59,049 bases of DNA from Coleofasciculus chthonoplastes F2-STO-03 (GCA_040222015.1 JAVJWO010000117.1:1-59049); one strand, 5' to 3'; positions 40,966 to 51,882 are shown, counted from the first letter of the stretch. Numbers and translations are program-made. The notes: a model not told the origin generated them from the sequence alone.

Positions 40966-42492
40966 TCAAACCTGAAAATCTGGGTCAGAGTTAGCGGAGA
41001 AAATGCGATCGCGTCCTAAGGCTTTGGCTTTGTAGAGAGCGCGATCGGCAAGTTGGACTAATTCACTGAGCGATAGTTGACGGGATGGAGTCGTTGTGGC
41101 AATTCCTAAACTGAGTGTTACCCAGGGATGAATCGGAGATTTGGCATGGGAACGCTTGAGTTTATCCATTTGGTAGCGGATTTTTTGGGCAACGATAAAA
41201 GCGCCTGGATTATCTGTATTGGAAAGAATCACAACAAATTCTTCACCGCCATAGCGAGCAACTAAATCACTTGGTCGTTGAGCCGCTTGGCAGATGGCTT
41301 CAGCAACTTCTTTTAAACAATTATCTCCAACCCAATGACCGTAGGTATCGTTGTAGGCTTTAAAAAAGTCAATATCACACAAGATTAAGGATAGAGGAGT
41401 TAAGTTACGTCTAGAACAGATTAATTCCTCGGCTAAGACTTGATCGAAATGGCGGCGATTGGCAATTCCGGTTAAACTGTCTATTTTGACCAGTTTCTGT
41501 AGGTGTTGGTTATCTGTCTTTACCTTTTGATAAAGTTCTGACTGTTGAATCGCAATAGACACCTGTTTGACTAACTGGTTTAAACAATCAACTTCCCAAG
41601 TTTGCCATTGACGATTAGGGGTACAATGATGAGCGATGATTATCCCCCATAATCGATGGTAAATAGGAGCCTGAGGTTCTTTTAGATCAGACTCACTGTT
41701 ACAGATGGGTATCGCTAAAACAGATGGATTGTGCCACTTTAACAATTTTGGTTTTAGGTTAGATATTTTTTGATTGTTAATAACTTGAATAAACTGTTCA
41801 TTGTCGGACAATATCTGAGGCAAACTAAAAAGTTCATGAATTGCCGGAATCTCCGGATAACTATTGCTATAGTCAGCCGCTTCTAAAAGCATAGTAGGAG
41901 ATTTATCTGCCTGATAGCGATAGATGAGAACCCGATCGGTTTTCAGGAATTGGCGGACTTGGGTGACAGTGGTGTGTAAAATTTCTTCGAGATCCAATGA
42001 GCGTCGGATCTGCTCAACCATACACTCTAAAATCCGCTCCCGTTTAGCCTGCTGTCGAATTGACTCGCGATCGCGCTCCCGTTCAATGGCATAGCGTATA
42101 GCCCGTACCAAGTTTTCTCCAGCAAATTGCCCCTTTATTAAATAATCTTGAGCGCCTTCACGAACCACTTGAATTGCCAACTTTTGATCGTTCAGAGAGG
42201 TTAAAACAACAATTGGAGTCGTGGGCGCTTTTGCTTTGACTTGAATTACAGTATTTAATCCTTGACTATCCGGCAGAGATAGATCCAGTAAAATAATGTC
42301 GAAGCTAGACTCTATCATTTTTTTTATGCCCTGACTCAAGCGTTGAACATGGGTTATAGCAAATTGATTATTGTTTACTTCTGAAAATAATTCTTGGATT
42401 AATTCAGCTTCTACACGATTATCTTCAATTAAGAGAATTTTTAGAGTTTGATTATCCAATAAAATCGGTTGATTGCATTTTAGTCCATTCAT
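40966..42492 (-). CDS. REC-GAF-GGDEF diguanylate cyclase
   Basis: ILLIEDN / LLDLSLPDS, GAF DRVLIY...WGIIIAHHC, DSLTGIANRR, DIDFFK.YND.YGH, and RYGGEEF with an RxxD I-site (RPSD). Confidence 0.95.
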   Translation of the reverse strand: MNGLKCNQPILLDNQTLKILLIEDNRVEAELIQELFSEVNNNQFAITHVQRLSQGIKKMIESSFDIILLDLSLPDSQGLNTVIQVKAKAPTTPIVVLTSLNDQKLAIQVVREGAQDYLIKGQFAGENLVRAIRYAIERERDRESIRQQAKRERILECMVEQIRRSLDLEEILHTTVTQVRQFLKTDRVLIYRYQADKSPTMLLEAADYSNSYPEIPAIHELFSLPQILSDNEQFIQVINNQKISNLKPKLLKWHNPSVLAIPICNSESDLKEPQAPIYHRLWGIIIAHHCTPNRQWQTWEVDCLNQLVKQVSIAIQQSELYQKVKTDNQHLQKLVKIDSLTGIANRRHFDQVLAEELICSRRNLTPLSLILCDIDFFKAYNDTYGHWVGDNCLKEVAEAICQAAQRPSDLVARYGGEEFVVILSNTDNPGAFIVAQKIRYQMDKLKRSHAKSPIHPWVTLSLGIATTTPSRQLSLSELVQLADRALYKAKALGRDRIFSANSDPDFQV

Positions 42493-43448
42493 GCTTGTAA
42501 TCCTATAAGTTATTAATTAGAGCGAAGGTTTAGCTTGAATTATAAATATCGTAAGGAGTCGGGCAAGAATAAAGTTTAGGGTTTGGACTGGACAATAAGG
42601 AATGAATTATCATTACACACAATTCTTCATTCAGCCAACAAAGTTTATATTCAGGTAGTTCATAAATTCATTCCGATTAAAACTGATAAAACTCCTTAAG
42701 CAGAGTATATTGCCTTCCCCAAAAAACATCTTATAATCACATTGAATAAATAGGCTCGTTATTATAACATTCATCCAGTTATATTTTATCGATTCTGGAT
42801 TATTAATTTGGAAACGTGAACTTAATAATTTTCGGCGATTCCTAATTTTCTAGTTTCAGATTAACATCCGAATCCTGTAAATTATTACTGACTTAAGATA
42901 TAAATTTAGTCTACTAGAAGACGTATTTAAGTAAGATAGTGCCAGATTATATACAATTGACATGACCTAAATCATTATCGGCAGCCTGAATGCCAACTTG
43001 CTGAGTCAATGACTCATATATAAGGATTTTTCTCCTATCTTTGGTTGGAATTGACTACGCTAATTTCTGCCTCTTTAGGTAGGGCTTGCCGCATGAGTGT
43101 AGATGGTATACTATACAAGGGTTTTAAGCCATTTTTTAACCCAACAAGTGCTTTCCTTTTGATGCCTAAACGGTCAAAAACCTTGCAATGCAAGTCTAAA
43201 AGCAGCATCTCCCCCATCTCCTCCATCTTCCCCTCACCACAAAACTTATTCAGTAGACCCTAAGTAGATCGGTGGAAATAAACCGAACTATGTTAAGTTC
43301 TGTGAATGTTCCTGAAACCCTTACATAAACGAATGACGAATAACTACACGATTGCCTTTCCGCTTAAGTTAATACCAATGCACCCGAATCGACCCATATA
43401 GCGTTTGGCATTTGACTTTTGACATTCTGGAAAGCTTTATTAGCCTTT

Positions 43449-44585
43449 TCATTTCGCCTGTAGTCTTTGCCAAAGGGTAAAACTTAGAAGAATAATTATA
43501 CTACCACTTGTAACAATAATCACCATTGAGGTCATCCCTTGCAGCTTCATCGCCAGTCCGTTACATGCCAACGTCACCCCCCACAGGGTAAAAGCCGCAT
43601 GACGTTGAGAAAAACCCCAAGCTAGTAAGCGGTGATGTAAGTGATCTTTGCCTGGAGTTTTCAGGGGGTTTTTTCCCGCCATGAGTCGCCGAACAAATAC
43701 CTGAGTCGTATCTAACACAGGCAATAATAAAAAGAAAGCGGGCGGTACTAGAGCAAATACCGTCGTCACTTTCAGGTTGCCTAAAATACTGGTTGCGGCT
43801 AGCACATAGCCAAAAAAGTAAGCCCCCGCATCTCCCATAATGATTCGGGAGGGATAGAAATTGTGTCGTAAAAATCCCAGTGCAGCACCTCCTAAGGCTG
43901 CCAAAAGTAAGGTGGCGGCGGCTCTCGTTTCAAATTGCGCCGAAACTGCTAACAAACTCATGGCGGTAATGAAGCTAATCCCACCCGCCAAACCATCCAT
44001 TCCATCCATTAAATTAATCGCATTGGTAATTCCCACCACCCACAACCAAGTCAACACAATGGAGAATATCGGGTCGATGGGAGTGCCAAAAGGCGTTTCG
44101 ATGCGGATATCGCTGGCAATCAGCAAGAGGGCGGTAAGCGTTTGACTAAACAGGCGTACATAGGCAGGTAGACCAAATTGGTCATCGATAAAGCCCACGA
44201 GGACGAGGATTGAACCACCGAGCAAAATCGTCAGCACTTGGGCTAAGACACCTTCAATGACAATGGGTCTTAATAGAGTCGCTAAGACTAACGCCGCCAT
44301 GACACCCGCATAAATTGCCAATCCACCCGCGTTAGGTAGGGGTTCTTGATTGAGTCGTCGGGCATTTGGTTGATCCGCCCAACCCACTTGCAGCGCAAAT
44401 GAGCGTACTGCTGGAATCAAACACCAGGTTACCCCCCAGGCTAACCCGAAGGTGAATATAACTGCTAGCCAGCCACTACCACTAGGGTTGGCAATGCCGA
44501 GAGACTCTAGGAAGCTATACAAATCTATCTCCCACTTCACGCTCAGACTGCCAATTATTATTATTCTCAACTGTACAGGAATCAA
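43449..44585 (-). CDS. MraY/WecA family undecaprenyl-phosphate GlcNAc-1-P transferase (start uncertain)
   Basis: P.AGGLAI, GFIDD, NAINLMDGMDGLAGG, MGDAGA, and DHLHHRL. Confidence 0.92.
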   Translation of the reverse strand: MIPVQLRIIIIGSLSVKWEIDLYSFLESLGIANPSGSGWLAVIFTFGLAWGVTWCLIPAVRSFALQVGWADQPNARRLNQEPLPNAGGLAIYAGVMAALVLATLLRPIVIEGVLAQVLTILLGGSILVLVGFIDDQFGLPAYVRLFSQTLTALLLIASDIRIETPFGTPIDPIFSIVLTWLWVVGITNAINLMDGMDGLAGGISFITAMSLLAVSAQFETRAAATLLLAALGGAALGFLRHNFYPSRIIMGDAGAYFFGYVLAATSILGNLKVTTVFALVPPAFFLLLPVLDTTQVFVRRLMAGKNPLKTPGKDHLHHRLLAWGFSQRHAAFTLWGVTLACNGLAMKLQGMTSMVIIVTSGSIIILLSFTLWQRLQAK

Positions 44586-44752
44586 TTCGGCAAAGTGCTA
44601 CTGCAATTTTGGACATTGGTTTGGTGTAGTAGTACTTACCGGACACCATTGTATCAATCCGGGTTTTTGTGGTTCATACTGAATCTAGGTAAACGTCTCC
44701 CGTTTGGGTAGGGACAAGGCTCCAAGGTAGAAGGTAGAAGGCTCTGAGCCGA

Positions 44753-45016
44753 TTATTCGGGAGAGGATGAGGGCGGATTGGGATCAGAATGCTGATGAGT
44801 CTCTACTGTCTCAAGGTATTGACTATCCAGTAAAAAAGCGCCCTTAGAAAAGCGAACTCCCCAAAATCCACCGGGACGCCGATCAAGGATCACCCCTTGT
44901 TCACCAATGCTAATCACATCCGGGGGTCGCAGCATGGGCATAGGTTCGGCTGTTTTAACATAGCGGGGTAGGGCAATTAGGCGAACGCGATCGCCAACTT
45001 TAAATTCTTCGGACAT
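44753..45016 (-). CDS. sipA: NblS-interacting regulatory protein SipA (DUF3148)
   Basis: VGDRVRL...P.YVKTAEPMPMLRPPD....GEQG.I.DRRP...W.VRF..GAFLLD. Confidence 0.85.
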   Translation of the reverse strand: MSEEFKVGDRVRLIALPRYVKTAEPMPMLRPPDVISIGEQGVILDRRPGGFWGVRFSKGAFLLDSQYLETVETHQHSDPNPPSSSPE

Positions 45017-45270
45017 ATTACTCAGTATGGGTCACTGCTGATCAGTTCCTAGCTTATGTCGAGATCTTGCCATACTGTTAATAAATCTCAAGTTACCCTC
45101 AAAAGATCGCAGCCCCTGATCAATTAAACAAATCTCCGTCATTCTTGTGTAGGGGCGACCCGCCTGTACCAATCAACAACTGTAGTCATTCAATTGACTC
45201 GGGTCGCCCTTTCCTCAACCACTGGTGTCACTGAACAACCAATGACATAAGACAAATGACGAATGACCAA

Positions 45271-46293
45271 TTAAGGAACTTGCCAAATGCGCTGATGGTA
45301 AGCTTCCTGATCAGCGTAAGGGTCAGCAGGAGGTTCCGAGTGATTGTGGTGATGATGGTGGTGATGATCATGGTGATGACCGTGATCATGATTATGAGTG
45401 TGACCCGTATTATCCCCCACTGCCGCTAACCGGAACTTACACAATTCACAATTCATTTGCACCTGTCCCAATTGTGTCTCGATTTCTCGTTCCCGCAATA
45501 CCGAGAGTAATTCCGGTTGAATACCCATTTCTGGTAAACAGGTCATCTTAATATCCGGATATTGCTCCTGCTGCTGCGCGGTGATATCAAATATTTTTTT
45601 CACCAGCACCCCGGTAAACAGGAAATAAGGCAGAACGATAATCCGTTTGGGCTGGAAAAGTCGAGCGCGATTGAAGCCTTCCTCTAAACGGGGATGAGTA
45701 ATCCCAATAAAGCCGATTTCCACCGTTTTGTAGCCACTGCCTTCCCAGAGCAGACGCGCTAATTTGTAAACATCACCATTGGCATCGGGATCACTAGAAC
45801 CGCGACCAACGACCAGCAGCACCGTTTCACTTCTCTTAATTGAGGACATTGGACTGTTATCTGAAGTTTGATCCAGTTCAGCCAGTCGCCGATGCCATAA
45901 CTCCAGAATTGCCGGAGTAATGCCAAAGTGACGCCCATAATGGAATCGGATGTGCGGATGTCTGGCTTTAGCGCGGTCTAACTCATTGGTGACATCAAAT
46001 TTATTATGTCGCGCCGCAAACAGCAAAATCGGCAGCACAGAGAATTCGGTATACCCTTGTGCCACACATTTGTCTACGCCCTCCTGAATACTGGGAGTGG
46101 TTAATTCCAGAAAACACGGAACAACCGGGCGAGACGAGTCTAACCCTTGATAGGCGTGGGCAAAATCCAAAAACTCCTGACGCCCCTGCATATCCCGGCT
46201 ACCGTGACCAATCATTAACAGGGGGCGGTTAAGGGGGAGTGGTGGCAAAGATAGTGAATCTGGGGTGGAATGAGTCGTATCTACAGTCGGCAT
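45271..46293 (-). CDS. cbiX: Sirohydrochlorin cobaltochelatase CbiX, long form
   Basis: [31 protein letters not shown], MNCxxC, and a His-rich tail. Downstream of a cobalamin riboswitch. Confidence 0.92.
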   Translation of the reverse strand: MPTVDTTHSTPDSLSLPPLPLNRPLLMIGHGSRDMQGRQEFLDFAHAYQGLDSSRPVVPCFLELTTPSIQEGVDKCVAQGYTEFSVLPILLFAARHNKFDVTNELDRAKARHPHIRFHYGRHFGITPAILELWHRRLAELDQTSDNSPMSSIKRSETVLLVVGRGSSDPDANGDVYKLARLLWEGSGYKTVEIGFIGITHPRLEEGFNRARLFQPKRIIVLPYFLFTGVLVKKIFDITAQQQEQYPDIKMTCLPEMGIQPELLSVLREREIETQLGQVQMNCELCKFRLAAVGDNTGHTHNHDHGHHHDHHHHHHHNHSEPPADPYADQEAYHQRIWQVP

Positions 46294-46339
46294 TAAAAAT
46301 AAACTCCCTTCCCGTGCGAGGCAGGAATATAGGGTGGAC

Positions 46340-46530
46340 AAGCAACAGCGAGGTATTCTGGCTTAGGTGGAACGTCAGCGAGGTTTGTAGTTGTGCTGTC
46401 TTCGCCATAAAGAAGCATCGACGACAAACCTGAAAGAGCGTGCCATTTCAACCTTGACAGTTGCCGCACAGCCCCGGACTTACACCGGAGTTTCCCTAAG
46501 CTGTTGCCATTCAGTTGTGCCTTGATATCT
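46340..46530 (-). promoter_or_regulatory. Cobalamin riboswitch
   Basis: Minus strand AGGGAAACTCCGGTGTAAGTCCGGGGCTGTGCGGCAACTGT...AAGCCAGAATACCT (B12 box) upstream of cbiX. Confidence 0.88.
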
Positions 46531-46621
46531 TATCCGATTCGGCAACGAGTCAAAATCCAGGGTAGGGGGGTTTTGGGGTTAACTTGAACGTAGGGTGGGC
46601 ATTGCCCACCAATCTCCAACC

Positions 46622-46680
46622 ATGCCTGAATATCGTCGAGCGTATATTCCCAGTGTGACCGTAGCAGAATTTGAGATAGT
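46622..46680 (+). pseudogene. REP-associated tyrosine transposase (RAYT) remnant
   Basis: MPEYRRAYIP matches RAYT N-termini. It is flanked by REPs at 46590-46610 and about 46686. Confidence 0.55.
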
Positions 46681-46849
46681 ATCCCGTAGGGTGAGGAGAG
46701 CGCAGCGTAACGCACCATTCATAACACATGATTCCTCAAGACATTGGTGGGTTACGGCGGATATTTCACTGAAGGGTTATTGTCTTAATTAAACTCCCGC
46801 CTAACCCACCCTACTAAAACTATTGCAGTCAGCTCAAGGAAATTCAACC

Positions 46850-47677
46850 ATGTCAAATTCTACAACTGGAGAGATACAATCAACTCCTGTATCGGCTGTG
46901 GACTGGGAACCCCCTGTACCACCAACAAACTTGATTTTTGATGATGGAGAACCTTTGGAAAGCAACCGTCACCGCATCGCGATGAATGCCTTAATCCGGT
47001 CAATGCTAGTAGCAATGGCTAACCGCCGTGACTATTTTGTCGGTGGCAATATGTTTATCTACTACAGTAGCCAGCAGATTCGCAATCGAGATTTTAGAGG
47101 ACCGGATTTTTTTGTGGTTCTGAATGTAGATGGTGAAAGCGAACGCGAAGGCTGGGTTGTTTGGGAAGAAAATGGTCGCTATCCTGATGTGATTATCGAA
47201 CTCATGTCACCGTCTACTGCTGCGATAGACATAGGTGTGAAAAAAGATATTTATGAACAGACGTTTCGCACTCCTGATTATTATGTTTTCAATCCGTTTG
47301 AGCCGGAGTCTTTGCAGGGTTGGCGCTTAGATTGGGAGCGAGGTTACCAGGAATTGAACCCTAATCCTCAAGGATGGCTGTGGTGTCAGCGCCTCGGTTT
47401 ATGGTTGGGAACGTGGGAAGGAACGATTGAGGATAAACCAGGGATTTGGCTACGATTTTATGACCAACAGGGTAATTTAGTGCTTTTACCCGAAGAAGCG
47501 GCTTTTCGAGAAGGGGCGTTGCAGCAGTTGTTGCGTTTACTTGCGGTTCGGTTTGGTCAGGTTCCGGTTGAGGTAGAGACGCGGTTAAGAACACAAGATA
47601 TTCATCAATTGGAAGGTTTAGTGGAAGTCGTTTTAGAGGTAGAATCCTTAGAGGAATTTATCAACCAGTTATCTTAA
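46850..47677 (+). CDS. Uma2 family endonuclease with DUF4351-like tail
   Basis: DGEPLES..HR, FVGGNMF.YYS, FRGPDFFVV, PDVIIELMS.STA..D..K..IY. Confidence 0.92.
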   Translation: MSNSTTGEIQSTPVSAVDWEPPVPPTNLIFDDGEPLESNRHRIAMNALIRSMLVAMANRRDYFVGGNMFIYYSSQQIRNRDFRGPDFFVVLNVDGESEREGWVVWEENGRYPDVIIELMSPSTAAIDIGVKKDIYEQTFRTPDYYVFNPFEPESLQGWRLDWERGYQELNPNPQGWLWCQRLGLWLGTWEGTIEDKPGIWLRFYDQQGNLVLLPEEAAFREGALQQLLRLLAVRFGQVPVEVETRLRTQDIHQLEGLVEVVLEVESLEEFINQLS

Positions 47678-47880
47678 TTGGTGTAGCAATATACCCTTAA
47701 AAACCGATTATTTGTAGGGTGTGTTAGCGCAGCGTAACGCACCATTCGTAACGCATCATTGCTCAAGGTATTGGTGGGTTACGGCGGATATTTCACTGAA
47801 GGGTTATTGTCTTAATTAAACTCCCGCCTAACCCACCCTACAAACTAAAACTATTGCAGTCAGCTCAAGGAAATTCAACC

Positions 47881-48024
47881 ATGTCAAATTCTACAACTGG
47901 AGAGATACAATCAACTCCTGTATCGGCTGTGGATTTGGAACCCCCTGTACCCCCCCAAAAATATTTAGTGGAAGTTGTTTTAGATGTGGAGTCCTTGGAG
48001 CAATTCATCAACCAGTTATCTTAA
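47881..48024 (+). pseudogene. Internally deleted in-frame copy of the adjacent Uma2 gene (47 aa)
   Basis: The first ~25 and last ~19 codons nearly match 46850-47677. The flanking repeat unit is duplicated too. Confidence 0.85.
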
Positions 48025-48195
48025 TTGGTGTATCAATATACGCTGAAAAACCGATTATTTGTAGGGTGCGTTAGCGCAGCGTAACGCACCATTCATAACA
48101 CATGATTTCTCAAGACATTGGTGGGTTACGGCGGATATTTCACTGAAGGGTTATTGTCTTAATTAAACTCCCGCCTAACCCACCCTACAAGACTG

Positions 48196-48293
48196 ATGAC
48201 AAATGACAAAGGACGAATGACAAATGACAAATGACGAATGACGAATGACGAATGACAAATGACAAATGACAAATGACAAATGACAAATGACAA
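48196..48293. repeat. Heptamer short tandem repeat (A/G)AATGAC
   Basis: Read directly. Shorter copies lie at about 9630, 35560, 45240 and 50613. Confidence 0.9.
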
Positions 48294-48331
48294 AAAAATA
48301 ACCCCTTCTGCTTGACTCTACAGAAGGAGTT
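48292..48331 (-). terminator. Intrinsic terminator of PEP-CTERM gene
   Basis: A CCTTCTG...CAGAAGG stem is followed by a T-run on the minus strand. A similar structure lies at about 50635-50672. Confidence 0.6.
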
Positions 48332-48381
48332 TACTGGGCTTCTATTTTATGTAAACTCGGAGGGAATTACTTAAGACTCAA

Positions 48382-48972
48382 TTAAGCCTTGTTGTTCTTT
48401 TTGGACTGTTGGCGCTTGAGCAAACCGCCGATTCCTAAAGCAGTAGCGGAACCTAAGATGGTGAGGGGTTCAGGAACATCTTGAGGATCTTGAACAGGTT
48501 TGGGTGCTTGATACACGGTGAAGTGAGATAAACCAGGACCGGGACGACCGTTACCTTTGACAACCCCATCAGTATTCCATGAGCCACTAGTCACCCCATC
48601 AAGTAAATAGGAACTGAAGCTGTTACCACCTTTGAGGACAACCATTATATTAGATGTGTTGAAATCGATGCCTGTCAGACTCCAACCTCCTGATGTACCG
48701 CCACCAGTAACATTCAAGCCACCATTAGTGCCACTATCATTATCTACTTTAAATAGTTGTGACCATGCATCAACACCAAATAGACCACCTAGGTCTTGAT
48801 TAGCATCATTACCATCAAAAGTACCTTCACAAGCTACAGAGCCACTTAGGTCTGAATTGCTACACGAATTTGATAAAGATGTTAAGGCAGCTTGAGCAGG
48901 AGAGAAAGCTGAAGATGCAACAGCGATTCCAGTAGCGGCGATAACAGAGGGAACAAGATAAGAAAGTTTCAT
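48382..48972 (-). CDS. PEP-CTERM sorting domain protein
   Basis: Signal peptide (PAQA) and C-terminal VPEPLTILGSATALGIGGLLKR. Confidence 0.93.
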   Translation of the reverse strand: MKLSYLVPSVIAATGIAVASSAFSPAQAALTSLSNSCSNSDLSGSVACEGTFDGNDANQDLGGLFGVDAWSQLFKVDNDSGTNGGLNVTGGGTSGGWSLTGIDFNTSNIMVVLKGGNSFSSYLLDGVTSGSWNTDGVVKGNGRPGPGLSHFTVYQAPKPVQDPQDVPEPLTILGSATALGIGGLLKRQQSKKNNKA

Positions 48973-49267
48973 GTCAGGACTCCTTAGGATTAGATAACTC
49001 GATTGCTGAAGCGTTTGGACTTATTTGCTTCGGCGTGTTTGCTTTGCTATATTCACACTATAAGGGACTTCACTTAGGGGTTGGGTAAAGTAGCAATGAA
49101 GAATGAGTTAACTTGTGTAAACTTTCCATAAAGATTAATCAAAATCAGGCTCAAGCCTTTATTGGATAAGGGTTTTAGAGTTTTAGGTTATCCTCCGAAT
49201 TTCTACCATTTTGAGGAAAAATAACCCTAAAGAAGAAGCCCAGAATGGTTTTTTGACCAAGGAAGAC

Positions 49268-49372
49268 TAAGCGGCTCGGCATTTAAACCCTTAATGGCAA
49301 TAATGATGAAATCTTTGTAGTGCGAGCCAGCAAGCTCGCTACTCATACCCAATTTAAATGTATTACAGCTTA
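49268..49372. mobile_element. IS630-type MITE, inverted relative to 40276-40379
   Basis: TAAGCGG.CGGCATTTAAAC...AATTTAAATGTATTACAGCTTA. Confidence 0.65.
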
Positions 49373-49386
49373 CCTGTACTCAATTT

Positions 49387-49493
49387 ATAGCAATCGCTAT
49401 AGTGGTTAGGACGCATCTTATGGTATAGATGTTCCGGCGGAACGTCTGGAACAACAGGAAAGGGAAGTCTTAATCGATGGGTCTACTGCTATA
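49387..49493. mobile_element. TATAGCA...TGCTATA MITE
   Basis: Terminal inverted repeats around an internal AGATGTTCC/GGAACGTCT hairpin. Confidence 0.55.
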
Positions 49494-49720
49494 AATTATA
49501 AATACGTGAATCAGGAGTTGATACGGAGTTGTGTTCTCATCTGTCATTGGAGAGCGAAGCGAAGAATCTCCGAGATGCTTCTCTACACGTAGCCTGCCCT
49601 CGAAGGTCGTGAAGGGTGGAGGGGAGAGAATTTAGAACTTGGTCGGGGCGGGTTTAGTTGCTTATGGGTGAGGTCTAAAACGCTAATCCTGAAACCCGCC
49701 CCTACGTAATACCAAATTCT

Positions 49721-50612
49721 GTAGGGGCGAGCCGCTTGGCTTAATTAACAACACGACTCGATTTAATCCGATCGCGTCGCCCTGTTCTAGCGATCGCACC
49801 CTCGGTTATCGGGGTTGAATGGATGTGCGATCGCGTCTTCAGATCGGGATAGAGAAGAATAGGCGGGAAGCAGACGTTTAACCCATGCCTGATACCAAAA
49901 CCCAAACCCCTGTAATCCTCATGTAGGGGCGAGCCGCTTGGCTTAATTAACAACACCACTCGATTTAATCCGATCGCGTCGCCCTGTTCTAGCGATCGCA
50001 CCCTCGGTTATCGGGGTTGAATGGATGTGCGATCGCGTCTGTTAGATCGGGATAGAGAAGAATAGGCGGGAAGCAGACGTTTATTTAACCCATGCCTGAT
50101 ACCAAAACCCAAACCCCTGTAATCTTCATGTAGGGGCGAGCCGCTTGGCTTAATTAACAACACGACTCTATTTAATCTGATCGGCTCGCCCTGTCCTAGC
50201 GATCGCAACCTCGGTTATCGGGGTTTAATGGATATTCGATCGCGTCTGTTAGATCGGGATAGAGAAGAATAGGCGGGAAGCAGACGTTTAACCCATGCCT
50301 GATACCAAAACCCAAACCCCTGTAATCTTCATGTAGGGGCGAGCCGCTTGGCTTAATTAACAACACGACTCTATTTAATCTGATCGGCTCGCCCTGTTTT
50401 AGCGATCGCACCCTCGGTTATCGGGATTTAATGGATATGCGATCGCGTCTGTTAGATCGGGATAGATAAGAATAGGCGGGAAGCAGACGTTTCACCAATG
50501 CCTGATACCAGAACCCAAACCCCTGTAATCCTCATGTAGGGGCGAGCCGCTTGGCTTAATTAACAACACCACTCCATTTAATTAGGTTGGCTCGCCCTGT
50601 TTTAGCGATCGC
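49721..50612. repeat. Tandem array of about 4.4 copies of a ~203-bp unit
   Basis: Units start at 49721, 49923, 50130, 50333 and 50536 (partial). There are no unique spacers. Confidence 0.95.
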
Positions 50613-50713
50613 CAAATGACAAAGGACGAATGACAAAAAATTAACCCCTCTGCTAGACAAACAGAAGGAATTTTTTCTACTTATAGAGTCACTCTAAATT
50701 GTGCGCGATGAGA

Positions 50714-51367
50714 TTAAGCTTTGTTCTTGTTGTTCTTTTTGGACTGTTGGCGCTTGAGCAAACCGCCGATGCCTAGAGCAGTAGCAGAACCTAAGATGGT
50801 GAGGGGTTCGGGAACAGCCTCAGTAGGAGCAACAGCAGCCAGTTTGGTGCTACCATTTTGATTGTCTCCTAAACTGGTTAAGCGGGCTCCGAATTCCTGA
50901 CCCAGAAACTGATCCAGTGTTACGCCAGAGACGGTAAACATGGTAGAAGTAATAAAATCACTTCCCATACCTGGAGTGCCGATTTCTAAACCAACATCAA
51001 AGGGTGCAAGAGTACCACCACCATTGAGATTATTGCCACCTCCAAGGTTATTTACATTGTTGGCGTCTTGCTCAGTTTGAGTGATATCGCTACCCGTTAT
51101 CGTGAGTGGGAGCAATGAATCATTAGCTATGTCAAACCAGATTCCACGGAGATCGCCGCCGTTATTAACGCTGCTATCAACGTCCACTGTAAATTTAACA
51201 TCGCTGCCAACTTCTTCAAGACGAAAATCTACCTTACCCGCCGCTTGATCGCCGAAAGGATTGGCGCTAAAGGTGACAAATGCTGCATCAGCAGGATTGA
51301 AGGAAGACATGGCGACGGCGGCGCCAGTAGCTGCTAAAACTGAGGGAACGAGAGCAGAAAATTTCAT
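50714..51367 (-). CDS. PEP-CTERM sorting domain protein
   Basis: Signal peptide (PADA) and C-terminal VPEPLTILGSATALGIGGLLKR. Confidence 0.93.
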   Translation of the reverse strand: MKFSALVPSVLAATGAAVAMSSFNPADAAFVTFSANPFGDQAAGKVDFRLEEVGSDVKFTVDVDSSVNNGGDLRGIWFDIANDSLLPLTITGSDITQTEQDANNVNNLGGGNNLNGGGTLAPFDVGLEIGTPGMGSDFITSTMFTVSGVTLDQFLGQEFGARLTSLGDNQNGSTKLAAVAPTEAVPEPLTILGSATALGIGGLLKRQQSKKNNKNKA

Positions 51368-51882
51368 GTAATGTACTCCTTAGGACTAGTTAACTCAATT
51401 CAAGAGCTATATGATTGCAAGATGTGAGCAAATCCATTGAATTCTTTGCCAGGTATGGCGTTGAGCTTCATTGAATTCGCTCTATAACTAAATATAAAGT
51501 AACATTCGATATATGTCTGTAAAGCTTCAATGAAGATATCCGTAAATTCTTCGATTAATGTTTAAAGTTTTGATGAAGATGTCGGAGATTCCCGTAAAAA
51601 TCCGGTAAAAATGGCGACATTATTCCGGCTGAAAACCAGGTATAGTGCGGTTTTGACGATTAGACGCTGATGAATAAGTGTTGTGGTGGGGGAAGAAAAG
51701 AGTAGGGACACGATAATATCGTGTCCCTACCCTAAATGTATCGTACCCCTACCCTAAATGGCGTGTGTGCTTAAGTCTTGAGCCCGAACCGCCAGAACAT
51801 CTGTTGAGATTCTGTGCGCGATCGCGTCTTTCTCCAATGACACACTCGCTTCCGTGTGAGATGTCCCAACAAACACCTGGAA

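Noticed and set aside
43035..43400. ORFs 43035-43226 and 43045-43263
   Set aside because: They overlap what look like MITE or IS-end remnants (TAGGGCTTGCC...GCAAGTCTAA and TAGATCGGTGGAAATAAAC...). The family could not be assigned confidently.
49721..50612. CRISPR array, or the repeated MRSL.QG... ORFs
   Set aside because: Whole ~203-bp units repeat with no unique spacers and no cas genes nearby. The ORFs change frame between copies.
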